From: Bacilli bacterium | GTDB lineage: Bacteria > Bacillota_I > Bacilli_A > RFN20 > CAG-826 | DNA length: 36,940 nucleotides | Reading direction: 5' to 3' | Assembly: GCA_024698065.1 (NCBI GenBank) | Contig: JAILRR010000097.1 | Coordinates: 1-36,940, forward strand | Shown: positions 34,723-36,940 of the stretch, in pieces | How the letters are laid out: every line of letters starts with the position of its first letter | Numbering within the stretch: the first letter of the stretch is position 1 | The notes under the pieces: generated by a model | Seen by the model: only the letters and a program-made list of their open reading frames with translations | Told to the model about the DNA's origin: nothing | The model's database searches: none | Program-made: the position numbers and the translations under genes

Positions 34723-35124
34723 ATGACTAACACCGAAAGAGTCTACGAGTTCCTCGAAGCAGCGGGAACTTACTACCTTGCTACCGTCGAAGGCGATCAA
34801 CCTCGTGTGAGAGCCTTTGGCACAGCACTTCTCTATGAAGGAAAGCTTTATATCCAGACTGGCAAAATCAAACCGGTCTCTAAGCAAATCAAAGCCAATC
34901 CGAAAGTCGAGATCTGCGCCTTCAAAGATGGGCAGTGGATGCGTCTAGCTGGAGTCCTCGAAGAGGATGACAGAAGAGAAGTCAAAAAAGCGATGCTCGA
35001 CAAGATGCCAGATCTTCGCGCAATGTATAACGAAGACGATGGCAACACCCAAGTACTTTACTTTAAATCAGGCGAGGCTACCTTCTCCTCGTTTGTTGCT
35101 CCCTCTGAAAAGGTGATCATCTAG
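34723..35124 (+). CDS. pyridoxamine 5-prime-phosphate oxidase-like FMN-binding family protein
   Basis: YYLATVEGDQPRVRAFGT...KLYIQTGKIKPVSKQIKANPKVEICAF is the typical PNPOx-like split-barrel pattern. 133 aa. Confidence 0.7.
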   Translation: MTNTERVYEFLEAAGTYYLATVEGDQPRVRAFGTALLYEGKLYIQTGKIKPVSKQIKANPKVEICAFKDGQWMRLAGVLEEDDRREVKKAMLDKMPDLRAMYNEDDGNTQVLYFKSGEATFSSFVAPSEKVII

Positions 35125-35147
35125 CGCCCTTTCAGAAACGTATATCG

Positions 35148-35180
35148 AAATGGCATCCTCCTTACAGGTGCCATTTTTAT
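35148..35180 (+). terminator. intrinsic terminator after the stress cluster
   Basis: AAATGGCA (35148-35155)/TGCCATTT (35169-35176) with a 13-nt loop, followed by TTTTTAT. Confidence 0.55.
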
Positions 35181-35291
35181 ATATTGGTTCGATTAGCGCT
35201 ACATAATACCAAAACTGTTAAGGATATTGACTTGCTCGCAATTTTTTATCGTTTCCTCAGTTGTTTTCAAAAGAAGGGATCAAGAGAAACA

Positions 35292-36812
35292 ATGAAAAAC
35301 AAAAAGAAGACGAGACGCATGGCGGCCTGGACCGCTTTCATGCTGCCCATCATGGTGATGGGGGCGGGGCGCATCGCCGCCGAAAGTGAGAACGATGCTC
35401 GAACGGAGGCTTCATTCATTCAAAAAGAAGAAGCCTGTGCTGCGGCAGGTCCGTCATCCTACTTCACTGGCTATGCCGCCGAAGAGGTTGACTATTATGA
35501 GCAGCCGAATTTCGTGAGGGACTACTTCAGGAACCTTGTCGAGCATTTCCCGACGAACAACTGCGGCAACTGCGGGTACACCGCCGCGGCGATGCTCCTT
35601 TGCTACTACGACACGTATTGGAATGGGAAGATAATCCCTGACCAGTTCAACAGCAGGCCATCCTACATCAATGACGTCAAGGATGACAAATACTCATCCC
35701 CAGGCATTGAGGACTATGCCGCCCCGATCTATTTGGACGAAAACGTGAAGAAACCTGATGAGAACTCCGACAAGAGCGAGATACTTAAGTATAACGCCTA
35801 TCTCGTTGATAAAGTCTATGGGCCGTATCTCAACGAGATGCTAAAACCTGAGATTCTTAAATTCAACCTAATCTCATATCTATATGATTTGGCTCTTGGC
35901 AACAATAAATCCGGAACGGTCTTATGGGATTTCGGTATCTATCAGCCTACCACCAAGACGAATATGGGCATGGTACGAGACCTGTTAAATCTCTATTTCG
36001 ATGAATTGGGTCTAGCGGGCCAAATAAAGGCAACAAGAGTTCACTATACAGATTTCAAAGATCCTTTTGGAGACCCGTCGCTTCCGAAGGGCCGAGAAAG
36101 ATTTCAAAAGCATTTACTTAGAGCGAAGGCGATAGAAAAACTCACGGAAGGGCAGCCAATTATATATAGGGGTAACCTAGCGAAAGACCCGACCGAATAC
36201 AGCAAAGACCAAGTCAATGTCAACGGCAATGGCCACGCAGCGATAGCTTACGATTATGATGAAGACAATAATCGAATAATCGGGCATATTGGCTGGAAGG
36301 GCGAAAAGGAATACAGCATGCTAGTCTTCGAGAAATCGTTTGATGATTTCACGGATATTATTTACCTTGAGGTAGATCCGTGCTTGAAATTCGACCATGG
36401 CAACGTCCGCTTCGACGCCAATGGCCATGACGCATTGGCATGCGATCTGCATTCGCATAAGCATGCCGATGACGACCGCCGCGCGAAGGTGAGCTACGGT
36501 GACCCCGAGTACCATGCCCTCCAGTGCATCTGCGGGGATGTGACATACGAGGAGCATTGCCACGATGCCATTGAGCCTTTCGACTCGCAGAATCACATAT
36601 TGAAATGCGCGTGCGGCGATGTTAGATATGAGGGGCACACCAAGGACGAGACCGTCTGGTACGACGGGCTCAGGCATGCCTATAAGTGCCATTGCGGCCA
36701 GATAGTCGGGACGGCCCCGCATCTCTATGTCCAGCAAGGGCTCACGAGGCTCGTGTGCAAAGGGTGCGGCGACGTCCGGCAGATCGACCCGCCGTTCATA
36801 TTAAACCCATGA
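35292..36812 (+). CDS. secreted papain-like cysteine peptidase (C39-like/C47-like fold) with C-terminal Cys/His repeat modules
   Basis: I chose the ATG at 35292 (MKNKKKTRRMAAWTAFMLPIMVMGAGRIAAE signal peptide). NNCGNCGYTAAAMLLCYYD supplies the nucleophile context and NGNGHAAIAYDYD the His context. The C-terminus has 3-4 modules of H-x-[LY]-x-C-x-CG-[DQ]-[VI]...H. Confidence 0.65.
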   Translation: MKNKKKTRRMAAWTAFMLPIMVMGAGRIAAESENDARTEASFIQKEEACAAAGPSSYFTGYAAEEVDYYEQPNFVRDYFRNLVEHFPTNNCGNCGYTAAAMLLCYYDTYWNGKIIPDQFNSRPSYINDVKDDKYSSPGIEDYAAPIYLDENVKKPDENSDKSEILKYNAYLVDKVYGPYLNEMLKPEILKFNLISYLYDLALGNNKSGTVLWDFGIYQPTTKTNMGMVRDLLNLYFDELGLAGQIKATRVHYTDFKDPFGDPSLPKGRERFQKHLLRAKAIEKLTEGQPIIYRGNLAKDPTEYSKDQVNVNGNGHAAIAYDYDEDNNRIIGHIGWKGEKEYSMLVFEKSFDDFTDIIYLEVDPCLKFDHGNVRFDANGHDALACDLHSHKHADDDRRAKVSYGDPEYHALQCICGDVTYEEHCHDAIEPFDSQNHILKCACGDVRYEGHTKDETVWYDGLRHAYKCHCGQIVGTAPHLYVQQGLTRLVCKGCGDVRQIDPPFILNP

Positions 36813-36940
36813 GAAAGATAAGACTTTTGAACAACATAGCCTTCGTTGTGGCCTTCCTTGCTTCCTGCTCATTCGGAGGAGGGGAGAGCGGATCGTCCCT
36901 GGATACCCAGGCTGCTTCGCTGACGCCTTCCGGATTTGAG
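36809..36940 (+). CDS. lipoprotein, partial at the 3-prime end (runs off the window)
   Basis: My own translation gives MRKIRLLNNIAFVVAFLASCSFGGGESGSS..., with lipobox LASC. ATGA start/stop overlap with the peptidase gene. Absent from the ORF track because only 44 codons are visible. Confidence 0.5.
   Translation, partial: MRKIRLLNNIAFVVAFLASCSFGGGESGSSLDTQAASLTPSGFE

Noticed and set aside
1-36940. CRISPR arrays, tRNA/rRNA genes, transposase/integrase genes, and use of genetic code 4 (TGA read as Trp)
   Set aside because: There are no regularly spaced short repeats, and no cloverleaf-like or rRNA-like segments in the intergenic regions. No ORF shows recombinase motifs. Conserved proteins are full length with TGG Trp codons, and several genes end at TGA, so the standard bacterial code applies.

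Overview
About 37 kb of chromosome from a low-GC Gram-positive-type bacterium that uses the standard genetic code: TGA acts as a stop and full-length housekeeping proteins are recovered. The core genes strongly prefer C-ending codons, so many long alternative-frame shadow ORFs appear in the track; I rejected those. From left to right: (1) 1-5.6 kb is an AT-rich accessory region. It holds a truncated tagD-like remnant and a co-directional four-gene cassette built around an RloC/PrrC-like zinc-hook ATPase, with a zinc-ribbon/HEPN-motif protein and a membrane protein ending in a topoisomerase-type zinc finger. This is my best candidate for an undescribed defence system. (2) A tocopherol-cyclase-like gene, then an orphan Wzz-BY-kinase/PHP-phosphatase pair. 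(3) An amino-sugar cluster (XRE-HTH::GlmM fusion, GlmU-C-terminal-like acetyltransferase, nagB) followed by gdhA. (4) Four minus-strand lipoprotein genes, three of them a tandem paralogue array. (5) An AspC-type aminotransferase and a membrane-anchored protein of unknown function. (6) A 5.8 kb insertion flanked by 59-nt direct repeats that duplicate the 3-prime end of guaA. It carries only a secreted S8 protease and a fused MacB/FtsEX-type ABC protein with a very large extracytoplasmic domain, and no recombinase. (7) guaA with a vestigial glutaminase domain and guaB lacking the CBS/Bateman module. (8) A xylose operon (xylA, xylB, AraC regulator, GH43) with a perfect cre site. (9) An oxidative-stress cluster (OhrR/MarR, glutathione peroxidase, ferritin-like, PNPOx-like). 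(10) A secreted papain-like cysteine peptidase with a different codon style and C-terminal Cys/His repeat modules, plus a partial lipoprotein at the window edge. I saw no rRNA, tRNA or CRISPR array.
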